In this document: positions 21,784 through 34,564 of the stretch, piece after piece
Layout: each line of letters opens with the position of its first letter
Numbering within the stretch: position 1 is the stretch's first letter
NCBI GenBank assembly: GCA_000934665.2
Contig: KZ538904.1
Location: forward strand, 1 to 41,244
Source of the DNA: Catajapyx aquilonaris
Lineage: Eukaryota
Direction: 5' to 3'
Length of the DNA: 41,244 nt
Notes under the pieces: model-generated
What the model was told of the DNA's origin: nothing
The model's database searches: none
What the model saw: the letters and a program-made list of their open reading frames with translations, nothing else
Translations under genes and position numbers: made by a program

Positions 21784-24224
21784 GATCTGCAAGAAAAATT
21801 AAATGTTTCATTACAAATGATGAAAACAATTCCATGCCACTGGCCAAGCAAAATATTTTCACACAGTGTATTAGGGTAATTCCACGGGAACAGAGACATG
21901 ATCCAAAAATGAAGTCACATATTGCCGGGTGGTAGATGGCTTATTGAAAGCAGATCATTATGTCAGATGAAGTAGGTGTAGCAACGTTCTGCTACCAAAT
22001 AGCAGCAGAACCATGGAAAAGTCAAGATATAATAGTAGTGACTGACGCAACTTTCCACTGTTTGTTGCATCAGTTGTGTTAAGGGGGAGATCAAGAGAAT
22101 TTGCACCTCCTTCGAGTTCCAACTCTGGCCGAAAGAGGAGACACTCGATGCCACCCTCCCAACACAAAAGGGTCCCGTGTGGTTGACCATTCCCTCTAGG
22201 CACAATAAAAATTAGGGTTCTCACAACTGCTAGCAGTTCTCAAATCAGTCAAATTTTGACAAAATTATTATTTGCCGAAAGGTTATAGCTAAACATAAAA
22301 ATCAGCTTCATAGGTCAGGAGCACCAATTTGTTGCACATTTTTGGGTGCTTGTTAAGACATCACTTAAATTTCACAATGGTGTAAATTGCTCCCGAATGC
22401 AAATGACTTAAAAATACTGTAGTGGTTCGAGTCATGTTGGCAAGACTGTCTATTGTTGTCACGTGGATTATGTCTTGGTAACAGTTACTATGGGATCAAT
22501 GTATGTATGTTTGAGTGTGTTTGGAACATGGTTTGGAATGAGAGTAGCAGAGAGGAGTAGGTTCTGTCTTGGAGTACAGACGTGTTATACCTGAACTGGA
22601 GAATATATTTACATTTGAGAGCTGTCCGGTGCCTACCGTATTATTTTGTGGTGTCTCTGACACCTCATCGTGGGGCACTACTATACCATGTTAATAATAT
22701 GGAAAAAGTGCCACAAACATGTGTAAGAGAGAGGTCAGTTACACTTACACAGATTTTTTTTTGGTTCTGCTGTTGTTAGCGAGAATTTTACTTCCAAATT
22801 CTCTTTTTCCCCCCTTCATCTTAATTTCTCCTGAAAACATGAACAGGCATGGTCTAAAATAATCACAAAATTGCTCCTTGAATGCAGATTACATATCAGT
22901 GGTAACATTACTTCTTAACATATTCAGCTCACAGGGTTTCACCTGACAGTAGCACCCACCAAAGAGCTTGTCTCTTTTCATGTTGCATCAGTTACATTAT
23001 ATTAGGCTCATGCCATGTGAAATCATCATGAGGTGTGCTCGTGAATTTTAGATTTCCAAAATATCTTGCAGGGAGATAAACCTATCCCTAAAACCTAGAT
23101 TTCCCAAGTATTTCGCTTTGCTGTCCTCAAGGTCACGAGAGCTGAGGGGATACGTCCGGGGGTACAAACTGCATCTTTCAAACCGAGCCACTTTCAGAAT
23201 TGAATATCTGAAAAACTACACGTCATAGCGACTCTTTTCATGGAACATTTGTTGCACATCATAGAACGTAGAATTTGGAAATGTAATCACTTGTGTGATA
23301 TATGTATTGTGTAATGAGTTACAGCCTCCGCAATACGTGTATTTTTGTCAAAATTTGCTCTCTTTCGGAATTTTTTACTGCCATAATATTGTATTAATTT
23401 GCAAATATTATACCTTGTCGGAGACATATCGATGTACCTGATCTCTCGTAAATTATTGAGCATTGCACAATATATAAACTCGGAGAAATGAACAGTCACA
23501 TTTTGAAGAAACCTCATTTTGGCCATTATTGATGCCCAAAAAAATGTCTGTGGGACGACGACTAAAAATCAGAAAGTGAGTTATTCGGAGAGGCCAAAAC
23601 GTGGACTTTCAGAATATAACTGCCTCGTATATATACTGGCAGTTAGTAAGACGGCGCAGTAGCAAAAATACGGAAGGCTCATTGAGTAGGGAACATTATT
23701 TTTTGTCGCAAAACTCGTCATTAATCTGGGAAAACATGAACTAGGTGCCCTGCGCACAGGTTTGGCCTTTACAATGTTACCATACTCGACATGATTGGTT
23801 TAAAATTGTGGACATACGGCCGCAGATATGTGTCCGATTTCATCGCGATTCCTGCTGCCATGTTATTCAAATGGACTTTTCGGGAACGCCATTTTCCTCT
23901 CCCTTCAACTGATCTTAAAGGTCATTTCTAGGCCGACAATTGAAAAACGATGAACTAGATGCCCTGCGCCGGATCATTTACTGTTTTTCGTGGAATTTTT
24001 GGGGCGATTGAATCATTTTTGCAGCTGTATGGGATGGGTTAAGAAGTGTACACATGTCGAATCCCCATTACGCTGCCCATGCATGAGAGAGTTTGTTTGT
24101 GTCGTCGTGAAGGGCTCCACATTGTTAGAACTGTATTTTTGCTACTGCGCCGCCTTAACCCAGAAATGCCTGAAAACTTCTTTGTTTCATTTGTGAACTT
24201 TTTTTTTGTTTTTATTAGTTATAA

Positions 24225-25644
24225 TCTACATATCTATAAATGAGGATGTTTGTTTGTGTGCTCACTATAGAAATCCAGGGGAATGCCCCTACACTGCCGT
24301 AAACTAACATTCCGGGGGTTACTTTTTCCGAGGAATGTGATGCCGCATGTTTCAGCTTCTGAAAATGAGACTAACTCCCACAACAATATCAAAAGGCATC
24401 TCCATGGAAACTTGAACCCCTTCCTGTTTCTCAATCACATGCCTCCAAAGAAGCATTACACGTTTGGACAATTTCCTGCTGCCAAACGTAACCGAACTAA
24501 AAGGCAGCATGAAGCAGACAGTCAACACCAGTCCCGTCTAGAACTTAAACCAGAGAGACAAGCTGCACAGAAGCAACAACACAACAATAGCTTTCCATTT
24601 CTACATTTTATCTACTGAGAAGTTCTGTCTAAAGTCCCCCGCGGGTTAACTTGTCAGTCCACCCACCCAACACTCCCAGCCAATGGCGTGCCGGGATTGG
24701 GATGGGGGGAATGGAGGAGTCGAGGTGAAGTGGGGATGAGTGACATTCAGCGGAACATCCGCTGGATGCTAGGTCGGATGCTTGAAATACATGCTTTAGG
24801 ATGTGTGTCGCAACAATTCACGTTATCAATATTTCCAAGTTTAATTGTCATCACAGTAGGGCTTAAGAGGTCTGCGTGGTGGAGGGATGTGATGTAGAAG
24901 GCAGCGGGAGGTAGGGGGTAGAGGAGGTAGGGAGCACCCCGGTTTTGAAACCAGCATGCTGGTCTGCTGAAAATTGTCACTGCAGGAAAGGTTCATGGCT
25001 ACTCAACTTCCAGCCTAGACCAGCCAAGGATCAAGTAAAATCCCAGGGACCAGCCAAGACCAGCAGCCATTCCAGAAACGCCAGCAATATTTTGCTGGTA
25101 CCAGCATGCTGGTGTTTGCTGGTCTCTGCTGGTTTCAAAACCAGGCTGGCGGGGAGCAGCGGGGGACAAGAGGGGGGCGTTGTCAGAAACCCCCACCCTG
25201 ACATGTTAGGGGGCAATCTACTATAACAATAGACACCTGACCTTACAACATGTGCAACAGCTTTGGCTCTGGCATCATCAAGAATTGCTGCAATAATTGA
25301 AGGGTATGGTGAAAGAAGGGGGTAAGTCATTTGTGGTCGGCGTTCATTTTAATGGGTAGCCTCCATTGATAAAAAATTGCCGGATCATTTGGTACAAGAA
25401 CGGGAATCATCGCCCTGTGCAGGGTGACACCCTTCTGCCCTTCACAGGTAATGACAAACTTTGACTTATTGTTTGCAATTAGCTATTAGCCTACTACACA
25501 ATGGCCCATAAGACCCGTTTTAAGGCATATCGAATGAATGTATATGGAATTAAAATAAAAACAAATTTCCTAAAAATAATATAGATATGGATGCCCTGAC
25601 GACTACCACCATAACATACCTGGCAACGCCGGGTAACCTGCTAG
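24225..25644 (+). mobile_element. Non-autonomous Helitron (1.4 kb copy) with internal coding remnants and a nested insertion
   Basis: A|TC start, 5' region homologous to 10376-10540, 3' cctggcaacgccgggtaacctgCTAG|T. Internal MPPKK...RTKRQHEADSQHQSRLE fragment. Confidence 0.8.
24937..25150. mobile_element. Small inverted-repeat element rich in CCAGC, nested in the Helitron
   Basis: ggttttgaaaccagca / tgctggtttcaaaacc TIRs and many internal accagc/gctggt repeats. Confidence 0.6.
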
Positions 25645-25656
25645 TAATAATAATAA

Positions 25657-26450
25657 GAGCAAAAACATTCCCTTCAGTGAAAAAAAGGGTAGTAAGACCT
25701 CCGTGGCGGAATGAAAGTACTGAAACAAGGCAGGCGCAGGTAAGACCTTCACCAATTGATTTAAGCTGTACCACAGGTCTTACTCAAGCAATTACCAATT
25801 TACTACTCATGAAATCTCCTTTCTGAAAACAAATTTGTAGAATTTTCGTCGTTCTACTAGTTACTTCTAACTTAGCAGTAGCAGTGTAGTGCAATGGTAC
25901 TGCTCAGTTAGCAGTAACTATAGACCTCTAATTAATAGTAATTTTAGTAGTACGACAAAAATTCTACCCATTACTTTTCCATGAGCCACTCCATATTAGT
26001 GTTTTATGAAATTAGGAACTTCAATATTAAGCACATTGAATTTCTATATGATTGGTGCGAATTATTGCCATGAAACATTGATGCACAATCGTCACCTCTT
26101 TTAGATGCTGATTTTAACTCTAACGTTTAATTTTTCACATATAAACATTAATTGGTGAATTTTAGAGGGTCTTTTTCGATTGGACCAAGTCTGTTAGGAT
26201 ATATGGGCTTAGTTTTTTTCCAAATTTTTTTTCTTTTCAAAATAAAACCCTACCTACTGCTCTGAGTAGTTTGCAGCTGTAATTTTTATGAGCCGTTCCA
26301 TACAGTACTTGAGAAAGAGAATTGCTTGAGTAAGACCTATGGTACAGCTTAAATCAATTGGTCTTACATGAGCCTGCCTTGTTTCAGTACTTTCATTCCG
26401 CCACGGAGGTCTTACTACCCTTTTTTTCACTGAAGGGAGTGTTTTTGCTC
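25657..26450. mobile_element. MITE with about 140-bp TIRs (GAG...CTC ends, Sola-like)
   Basis: gagcaaaaacattcccttcagtgaaaaaaagggtagtaagacctccgtggcggaatgaaagtactgaaacaaggcaggc is nearly perfectly inverted at 26320-26450. Superfamily assignment is tentative. Confidence 0.8.
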
Positions 26451-26472
26451 TTATTTCAGTTCTTTTTTAAAT

Positions 26473-27040
26473 CCCCTTCGCAATACCAGATATACCGGCC
26501 AGCGCCTAGGCCCTAGGATGTCGCTTACATGTACTCTGAAGACGAGGACAAGATATTTTACAAATAATAACAGCTACAGTGACATATGTATCATATCATA
26601 CTAACACGTTTATGCTCTACACTACGGTCTGAACTATGAATGTATTGGAGACGCTTTTCGTCGCTTACAAGTCCCTAAAATGATTTTCACAGAGATAGTC
26701 GGAAAAAAACCAAATTCAAGTGCTACCAGCCAACGGTTAACCTGATTTAATTATGAAATAGCCTATTCTCTAAAATATACGGAAAAATACACTGAAAACT
26801 GTATTGCAAGAATTCAATCAATACTTATCTGTGGCCTCCCTCCGTCACATCTGAAAACTCCCAAACTTATTTACTTTTTGCGAAATGCGACGATTTCAGC
26901 AAATTTGTCTGGCCCGTTTCTCAAGGTAGATATTCCGCATACACTGTAGCATAATTTCATAATATTAAATCAGCTAAATAGTTGGCCGGTAATACCTGGC
27001 GATGGCAATGGCAATGACGATATAGCAGGTAGCGAAGGGG
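26473..27040. mobile_element. piggyBac-like MITE
   Basis: ccccttcgc ... gcgaagggg|TTAA. Left TSD is degenerate. Confidence 0.5.
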
Positions 27041-27049
27041 TTAATAGTA

Positions 27050-27420
27050 CAGTTGAATCCAGATAAAACAAACTTCAAGAGACCGCGGAAAAAGTCTGTT
27101 AAAACCGAGGTCTGTTATAGCCAATTCTTCACGCAATGAAAACAGAGGTTTCTACTTTCAATATGGCTGCAATATGCATTACGAGACTACATACCGATTA
27201 ATGAGATCTGTCAAAAATGTAATATTAGCTCACCCGAAAATTATGAAGGACCATAATATCCGAAATTTTCTTCTGCCGTCTCCTTTGTGCAAATTTTGTA
27301 CCTGAAAAACTATATTTTCCCACTGAGGGCCAAGAAATGGTGTGTTATACACTTATACCCAAGGTGAGGTGAAAATGAGTCTGTTATAAATCAAGAGTAA
27401 AATACACAGGGTCTTATGGA
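27050..27420. mobile_element. pogo/Tigger-like element fragment
   Basis: TA|cagttgaatccagataaaacaaacttcaagagacc terminus with repeated ctgttata motifs. Right end not found. Confidence 0.45.
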
Positions 27421-27669
27421 AGCATGCTGTCACGTGACCCCATTTGGTTTACCCAATTTTGTTACACGGACTCATTTTTTTTTTTTTTTTACTTGCTCGT
27501 TACCCACTTCGCAATGGGTTTGTTCTTGGCCTGGGTTTGGCCTTGTTTGAGTAAGAGTCTACTCTCCGCTCCGGTGTGGAGTTGGTTGAGTGTGTTGTTG
27601 CTCCTAGCAACTTGCATGTTAGCTATTTTTACTTGTACGTGCCTGGTTCACTTGTACTCGTAATTTTTC

Positions 27670-27930
27670 CATTTTTTTGGGATCCGTACACGTGGCTTGT
27701 TACACTTGTGCACTTGGTTTCCTCAGGGATGTGCTATGTACTTGTTGTCAATACATTTACGTATTGAAGCATTGCGTGTACGTGTTGGTACACTGGCGGT
27801 GCAGTTGTGGATCCATGTACATCTTGTTACACTTGTGCTCTTGGTTTCTCCTGGGATTGTGCTGTGCGCTTTTCGTCCATACCGTGACGTATTGGAGCAT
27901 TGCGTGTACTTGTATGTACACTGGCAGTGT
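27670..27930. repeat. Degenerate tandem duplication, unit about 127 bp
   Basis: cttgttacacttgtgc.cttggtttc at 27696 and 27823; gcattgcgtgtac.tgt..gtacactggc.gtg at about 27769 and 27897. Confidence 0.7.
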
Positions 27931-28411
27931 CGTTGACCTTGCACCTTCATTTTTTTTGTACCACTTACGTGTACGCCACTTTCGTGGGTGTTGCTTGCGT
28001 GTGTGCTCCCGATGTGTGGTATGTCAGATGTGTTACAACTACGTCGTGTTGAGGCCTGGGTTCGTCCTTCAGCAACAGTGGTTTGGGAGACTATCCATGT
28101 GGAAGGTGTCTTCTGGAAGGGTGCGTAATGTTGACAAATAGTGGGGTTATTGCTACCCAAGTGCGTATGGAATGTTTTCATTCAAGTGTGGGACTTCCTC
28201 CGCACGCATCAGGGCATCTGCAGCAGGCCACCGGGGAAACACCTGTTGCACCAGTGTTGCCAATGCAAATTCAGAAATAATTGCAAAATCTCTCTTTCCA
28301 TGTACCCTCACTTCGCTTACATGCAACTTTAATCTCCTCTTGTTCACTAATTACTGGAATTTTTATAAATCCATAAAGTTGCGTTCTCGACTGGTGACGT
28401 ACAAGTACTGG

Positions 28412-28413
<2 letters not shown>

Positions 28414-28447
<34 letters not shown>
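28414..28447. repeat. (GA)n microsatellite
   Basis: Seen directly. Similar tracts at 18423-18443 and 39894-39931. Confidence 0.95.
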
Positions 28448-28450
<3 letters not shown>

Positions 28451-29939
28451 TCGAAAGTTCGTATCTTCGGTATGACTACCTGAACTAGGCATGAACAGCA
28501 CATCATTATGGGTGCCTCATTATGTTCCCTAGTGATCGAGTGCCTTTAATAGTAATGCTCCAGAGAGTAGGTGAAGTGTGAGCGGCCAGTGGTATACACT
28601 CACAGTACAACTAGGGTGTAAAACAGCAATGAGCTTGATTACTGCATTGATAATAATTAAGTGTTTTGAACCCAGAGATGCAAATTGTTCATATGATTCT
28701 GTTTCAACATGGAGAAGTTCAGCTTGCACCAATCAGAAGAACCCAAAAGTGTCAACATAATTCATCCATGATTACAAGTGTAACATACTATCAGCTAGGG
28801 GTTTATCAGGGGCGGAGCAGGGTGTTCTAGTGGGCATTGGCCAGCCAAGCTGGAGATCTGCCCATGGTCAGAAGAAAAGGTTTGCACTTGGGTTTGCATA
28901 TCTGATGGTCTGAAATGACTCGAAATATCAACAACTTTGTGTCATGGCAGGATAGGAACACAGGAATCTTTTAGCAAACAAAAACAGTGGAAGAGGTCTA
29001 GATAGACCAAGTCCAGTTTACTCATAGCCAGCCTACCAACATATGTGAGTTAAAAAAATTATATTCAAATTCACCGATTCTCTCTGCAGCATCTATGAGC
29101 AGAATACCATGAATAGATACGGAATACTGTACTGTACTGTACAATTAGCCTACCGAATGTCCTTGCGAATGTCATAGGAAAAGATCTGCAATTGATGTCT
29201 CCGCGATATCTGAACATCTACCACACACAATCAGCATCGTGGTAATAATTGTCCCATGATGGGGTAGTCAGCGATGGACCACCAATGTAAAATAGATAAC
29301 TATTATCTGGTGCAGACATCGCAACTACTTGTACAAATGTACATGTACAACTTGCCTAGATCGGCTAGATGTCATGTAGTATCTAGTACCTGGGTGGTGT
29401 AAATAATGGAGCCAATATTAAGAGCGGTTTTTTAAATAAAAATACGTCAGTGGTTATAGTGGCCTTCAGTTCCCGATGCGAACTTTCAGCTGTTCTAGTA
29501 CAGGTCAGGAAATTTATATGATTTTTTAATACTGTCCCCAAAAAGAAGGACAATTCAATGACCTTCTTGAGGTGAAGAAGGACGAAGAACAGAGTGCTCA
29601 AAAGAAGGACTGCCCTTCCTAAAGAAGGACGTCTGGCCACCCTAACTGTACATCAGTAATTCCTGTACTAATCTTGAATGTCTCCTCAACTGTGCGTGTA
29701 CTTGCTGATAGAAACTTACCTGAAAAAATGGACTGAGATGCAGCCAGCAAGTATCTCACTGCATATATAGGACTAAGCATTGCAGCAACAAGGAAGCAGA
29801 CATTTTGGCCCAAAGGGGGTAGCTTAACCAACCCTCTCGTATCTTACAAGTGCTTGATAAGGCACACAGTACCTTTCACACCACCCCAACTGGAGATACA
29901 CTTACCCCAATAATTGGACCACTACCTCTCCTTACCTTC

Positions 29940-30047
29940 GGTGGAATTTTTGCCCCACTGTTAGTTATTGCTATTCGTAGCAGTGCCAGTGTTGGGGATG
30001 GTTACTACTAAGTTAGCAATAACTAGCAGTGGAACGAAAATTCCACC
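29940..30047. repeat. Short fold-back element
   Basis: ggtggaatttt...ctgttagttattgcta / tagcaataactagcag...aaaattccacc. Related copies at 25838-25968 and about 30292. Confidence 0.65.
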
Positions 30048-31660
30048 CTTTATCTTTTTTTTTTTACAGCACATTAGTATGAACTCCAGTGACTGCACGG
30101 ACTGAAACAACACCTCTTCTATGTCGCTTTGGTATCAGGATCCCCAGGATCTATTCTACGCATTTTCTAGAACTTTGGAAGTTATTAAATGTTATAATTC
30201 AACTAAAAACATGTGACTTTTCTTAGGCTACTGTTTAAAACAATTATGTCTATGTCAACTAAGAAAGGACTCCACTTATACAAAAACATTGGGTGGGATT
30301 TTTGTCCTACTGCTAATAAGGCTTTGCTAGCAGCCTGCTTATGTTAGTCAGGACTCTCGCATAAGATTTTTCATGGATTACCATAGGAGACCATACTATT
30401 GGAGCACGCATTGGAGCGTCGAAGACAATAAAATCGCCACTAGCTGGTCAAAGGCAAGCCCGAGCAAGCCAGAATTTGAAGTGGGCGCAAGTTGAACTTG
30501 GCAACTGTGTGTGTCAGAATTATGGTCTACCAAAATGAACAAATATACTTGCATGAAATGCATTACCCACTTTTATATCACAAAATATAAAGTGATAATT
30601 AAAGGTTTGCTAGATAATATAAATTTGAGTGCATGTTGCAAAAAATCTGGCAACCTTGCGGATTCCAAGATGGTGGCTTACACGAGCACGACTACACTCG
30701 TGTCTACATGGCTTCATTAAAAGTGTCAGTACGTGTAAATGGGCACTGATACACTGATAATACACTGATCAATAACGGATATATTTTATAAAATAATGTA
30801 TATAATATACATCATTTAATAAGTAACTTGGGGGAAGGAAGAGTACGGCAAGTAGCTGATCACTGACCAACTCTTCCCGGTACCCTCTTCCCATGAATGT
30901 AAGTAGGCAGCTGATCTATTCATTGAGGTTTTTAAAATGGTTTTTGGATGGCGTTGTGTGGGGTACAGAAGTCTTCTGCACATTAACCGAAATTCGTAAG
31001 AAGAATATTTTGCATGAGGTGTGCATAAATGGTGCGTAATACGACAAGGGAAATGTGAAATTGCATAAGAGTAACAATTCACGGATACAAGGGACCAAGT
31101 AATGAGAATTTGACATTTTATTGGTAAGCCTAACAAAAATATGAAGGAATTTTAATTGTACTATTTATAGTAGGCCTAGTACTGTATATTTGGCCTAATT
31201 TTATTCAGTGACCAAGATGCACAGCAGTGCATCCCGCCAAGTCTAAGCCACTTCCACCTCCACTGACCCAGACCATTTGCCCCTTCCCTCCTTTACTCTT
31301 ACGTCTCGCGCTGCCGTGCATCCTTTACTCGAGCTCACGCGCTCTCTACATTTCGGCATTTTCCAGTTCGGCACAGGGAAATGCTGCAAGGCTCAAATTT
31401 TAATACGGCAATGGGGCACACCCAGGGACCCTACAAATAAATTGTCGTGAAATTTGGACCACTGGGTCCACGCCAGGAGAGGGCCCAAATTTTTAATGAA
31501 AATTGAAAATTGCTGAAAAATTGAATAATTCTCAAGGGACCCTAACATCATCATTCTGTGGTCATTTGATTTTCGTAAACATTGCCTATTCATGGTTTTC
31601 AAAACCAGATATCACAGTTGTGGATATAAATAGCCCAAAATGGAGTTTATTTTTGCATGA

Positions 31661-31709
<49 letters not shown>
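31661..31709. repeat. (TTA)n microsatellite
   Basis: Seen directly; explains the poly-Leu ORF. Confidence 0.95.
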
Positions 31710-31710
<1 letters not shown>

Positions 31711-32420
31711 GCCTATCTGACCAAACCCATAAGAGTAGGGTGTTGGCTACAGAGATGCGTTATCTCCGGGCTGTTTGTGGGGTTACTAAGTTGGTAGGAT
31801 TAGGAATGAGGAGATTTTGCCGAGGTGCAATGTTAAGGAGACTATTAAAGATAAGGTGTGTAGGTCTACTCTAAGGTGGTTTGGCCATGTGGAGAGGATG
31901 AAGGAGGAGGAGATTGTGAAGAAGGTTTATTTGGGTGGAGTTGTTGGTAAGAGGGGCAAGGGTAGGCCTAGGAAGACCAGGTGGGTCAGTGTCTTAAGGG
32001 TGTTGCTAGTGTTAAGCCGAGACGTTCATGAGTCAATAGGACCATGGACGTGGCTGAGGCTAAGGTTGTTTGTTTGGATAGGTGTAAATGGCGTAGGTTA
32101 ATTAATGGGTAAATAGGTAAATAGGTTTGAGGATAAGGCTTCCTTCGCTCCGGCGAGTAGAGGGGACGTCCTTGGCAAGGTCGATGAGGTGCAAGGGTGG
32201 TGCCATACACGTCAGCGTGGCCAGGGCGTCCGGAGTAGTGGCTGGTGGCGAGGGGGCTTGATTTGGTGAAGTACCGTATTGCATAGTGTAATATTTCAAT
32301 TTAATATTCAGTGTCTGTCATCTGAGATGGGCAGGGGTGGGGGGTAGACGCGTTGTTTATAGGTTTATTTTAGGGGCCTATGGCCCCCTTACCGGGGTAT
32401 GGAAATAAATAAATAAATAA
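31711..32420 (+). mobile_element. 5'-truncated RTE-clade LINE 3' end
   Basis: EMRYLRAVCGVT, then (frameshifted) LRWFGHVERMKEEEIVKKVY..GKRGKGRPRKTRW, typical of the RTE ORF C-terminus. (TAAA)n tail at about 32403. Confidence 0.8.
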
Positions 32421-32553
32421 ATATAGGTTTATTTTCACATGTTTTAATTTAGTTCATGTGTTGGGTTAGCTTGCGTCTCCCTTCATCGCTGACTACCCCT
32501 CATAGGGAAATGTCGTGATGATGATGATGATGATGATTATGATTATGATGATG

Positions 32554-32585
<32 letters not shown>

Positions 32586-32589
32586 CAAT

Positions 32590-32927
32590 AATAATAATTG
32601 TGGGTAGTGCTTTTTACCCCTTAGGTAATACAAGCACAGACCTTTATTTTAGCCATTCGTACATAGCGGGACCTTTCGCAAAACGCCTGGGCCCACAGTC
32701 AGGGTGACAGGAGGGGATGTGCAATGTGCAGTGCAAAGTTTCTAACATGGTACATCGTAGTTTGTGAACTCCCCTGGATGGATATGTCTAGCGGAAATTC
32801 CACCCGAGATGAAGTCAGAGACGACCCAACTCTGCACGAGATGAAGGGGCGAACCCCGGGCTGGGATCGAACACGGGACCTTAACATCCGTGGGCGCATA
32901 CGTTACCGCAGCGCCACTCCGCCTTCC
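32590..32927 (-). mobile_element. tRNA-derived SINE, family B
   Basis: Homologous to 13300-13533 (cgggaccttaacatcc.tgggcgcatacgttaccgcagcgccactcc). Adjacent (GAT)n/(TAT)n tract at 32516-32585. Confidence 0.78.
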
Positions 32928-33528
32928 TACATGAAATTATTTTATTTATTTTATTTTATTAAATACCCCATTGGAGGGCGGGGCTCTTTTGGGGGGACAA
33001 TCCTCCATGATATATTATTAGGAACAAGCTTGCCTTTATTATCACAATCCACACTAAAACTAATCATAGGACAGATCCTTTTCATTGTTAAATTTTAATC
33101 CTGAACTGATTAGCATTCACTGCAAACATTATTTATCTAGTGTTGCATAGGTCTATTGTCACAATTACATGACATTGACAAAACATTGGCAACTGAACAT
33201 TTGTATTTAACACGGGACATTTCTGATGTTCACTGAACATATGCCATTGGATATCTTGCTAAGAACTGTGTGACCATACTGTGAGCACTTCTTGCAGCTT
33301 CGTCAATGGTAACCACAATTCCGCTAGTCACAATGTTTCTCTGCTGCTGGGAACATTCCAAAAATGCAAACTAAAATTCTCGTAAGGGTAATCCTTTGGT
33401 CGTTTTCCTACTACTAGGATTTTCTTATTGTTATATTGGATTGTTTGATTCTGGTTCCCAAGAAATTCAGAAAATCTGCACAATTTAGGGTAAAGCCTTC
33501 TCTGCCAGAAAGTGCGTATTTTAAAGAA

Positions 33529-33865
33529 CAGTGGAACCACGATTATCAGTCACCCACAGGACCGGGGCGTGGTCAGATAACACTCATAACAGAAAAGGTC
33601 AGATAATCCGAGGAGCAAAGGAAACTTTAATGAATTTAATGAAACACAACAAAAAACATAAATCATGAAATAATGTACAATATTTTGTAAGAAATAGTGA
33701 AGCATTTTTCTTTTACATACACACTCTTCTGTCTAAATTTTAACTAAGGCAATGCAAAACAAATGCTTAGTAGCCCTGAATTACAGTATTTGATGAGAAA
33801 ATAGATTTATTGCTGGAGAGGGACGGTCTGATAAACTGAGGAGTTGGATAAAGGGGGTTATACTG
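33529..33865. mobile_element. pogo/Tigger-like MITE
   Basis: cagtggaaccacgattatc ... gataaagggggttatactg|TA, with repeated ggtcagataa subterminal motifs. Confidence 0.55.
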
Positions 33866-34430
33866 TAATTGCTGTGGAATAGTTACTTTTAGCAGTTATC
33901 AAATTAGCCACTCCTATTAGTGGGTTCAATTCTGAAACAGGCATTAGTCTATGTCACTGCATCCATGACATTATTTTACTTTAAATTACTTGATGACTAA
34001 ACCAACTGTTGACCTGGTATGTATTGCCATTGATTTTATGTAGCAGAAAAATTTATGTAAGGGACAATTTGCAGTAATATTTTAAGCGAATATGGCCAAA
34101 TGTGCTGCATGTCCCATTGCATACACATTTCCTTTCACTAATTTATTTTGGTTACCTAGCAATAAAAAGGGAAATGTACGCACAATACTTGCCCATTTAC
34201 ATGTTTCATAAACTAGTAGTGGGGTGGTGGAGGACAATGAATTCCTGAAGAATTCTGATTTTTTGTGATCCTTGGTACATTTTGCTGAAGAATTACCATT
34301 TCCTTGGATGTTTGAACATCATTTGGTCCATGTACTGTGTTATTTTCATGTCTCTCACCATTTATAATCTTTGTGGATGCAGTTTGCAGGGCCAGTCCTC
34401 AATCCTGATTGAACACCATCTCCTTTTTGG

Positions 34431-34564
34431 ATGCTGATAATCTTACGACGTGCAGCAAGGCAACACTTCAGCTTTTTTCCCATCACTGTTGAGCCAAGGA
34501 AGATGCCTTTGACGCAATATTATGCTGTGGCAAGAGGCAGGAATGTTGGCATATACACTAGCTG
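34431..34564 (+). CDS. RNASEH1: Ribonuclease H1 coding exon 1 (putative targeting peptide and start of hybrid-binding domain)
   Basis: MLIILRRAARQHFSFFPITVEPRK-MPLTQYYAVARGRNVGIYTSW. YYAV..GR..GIY..W is the hybrid-binding-domain motif. Donor TG|gtaagc. Confidence 0.85.

Noticed and set aside
27424..28181. Overlapping 60-150 aa ORFs as genes
   Set aside because: Products of low-complexity GT-rich repeats, with no splice or domain support.
31503..31874. Poly-Leu ORF as a membrane or signal protein
   Set aside because: It is a (TTA)n microsatellite fused to a LINE fragment.
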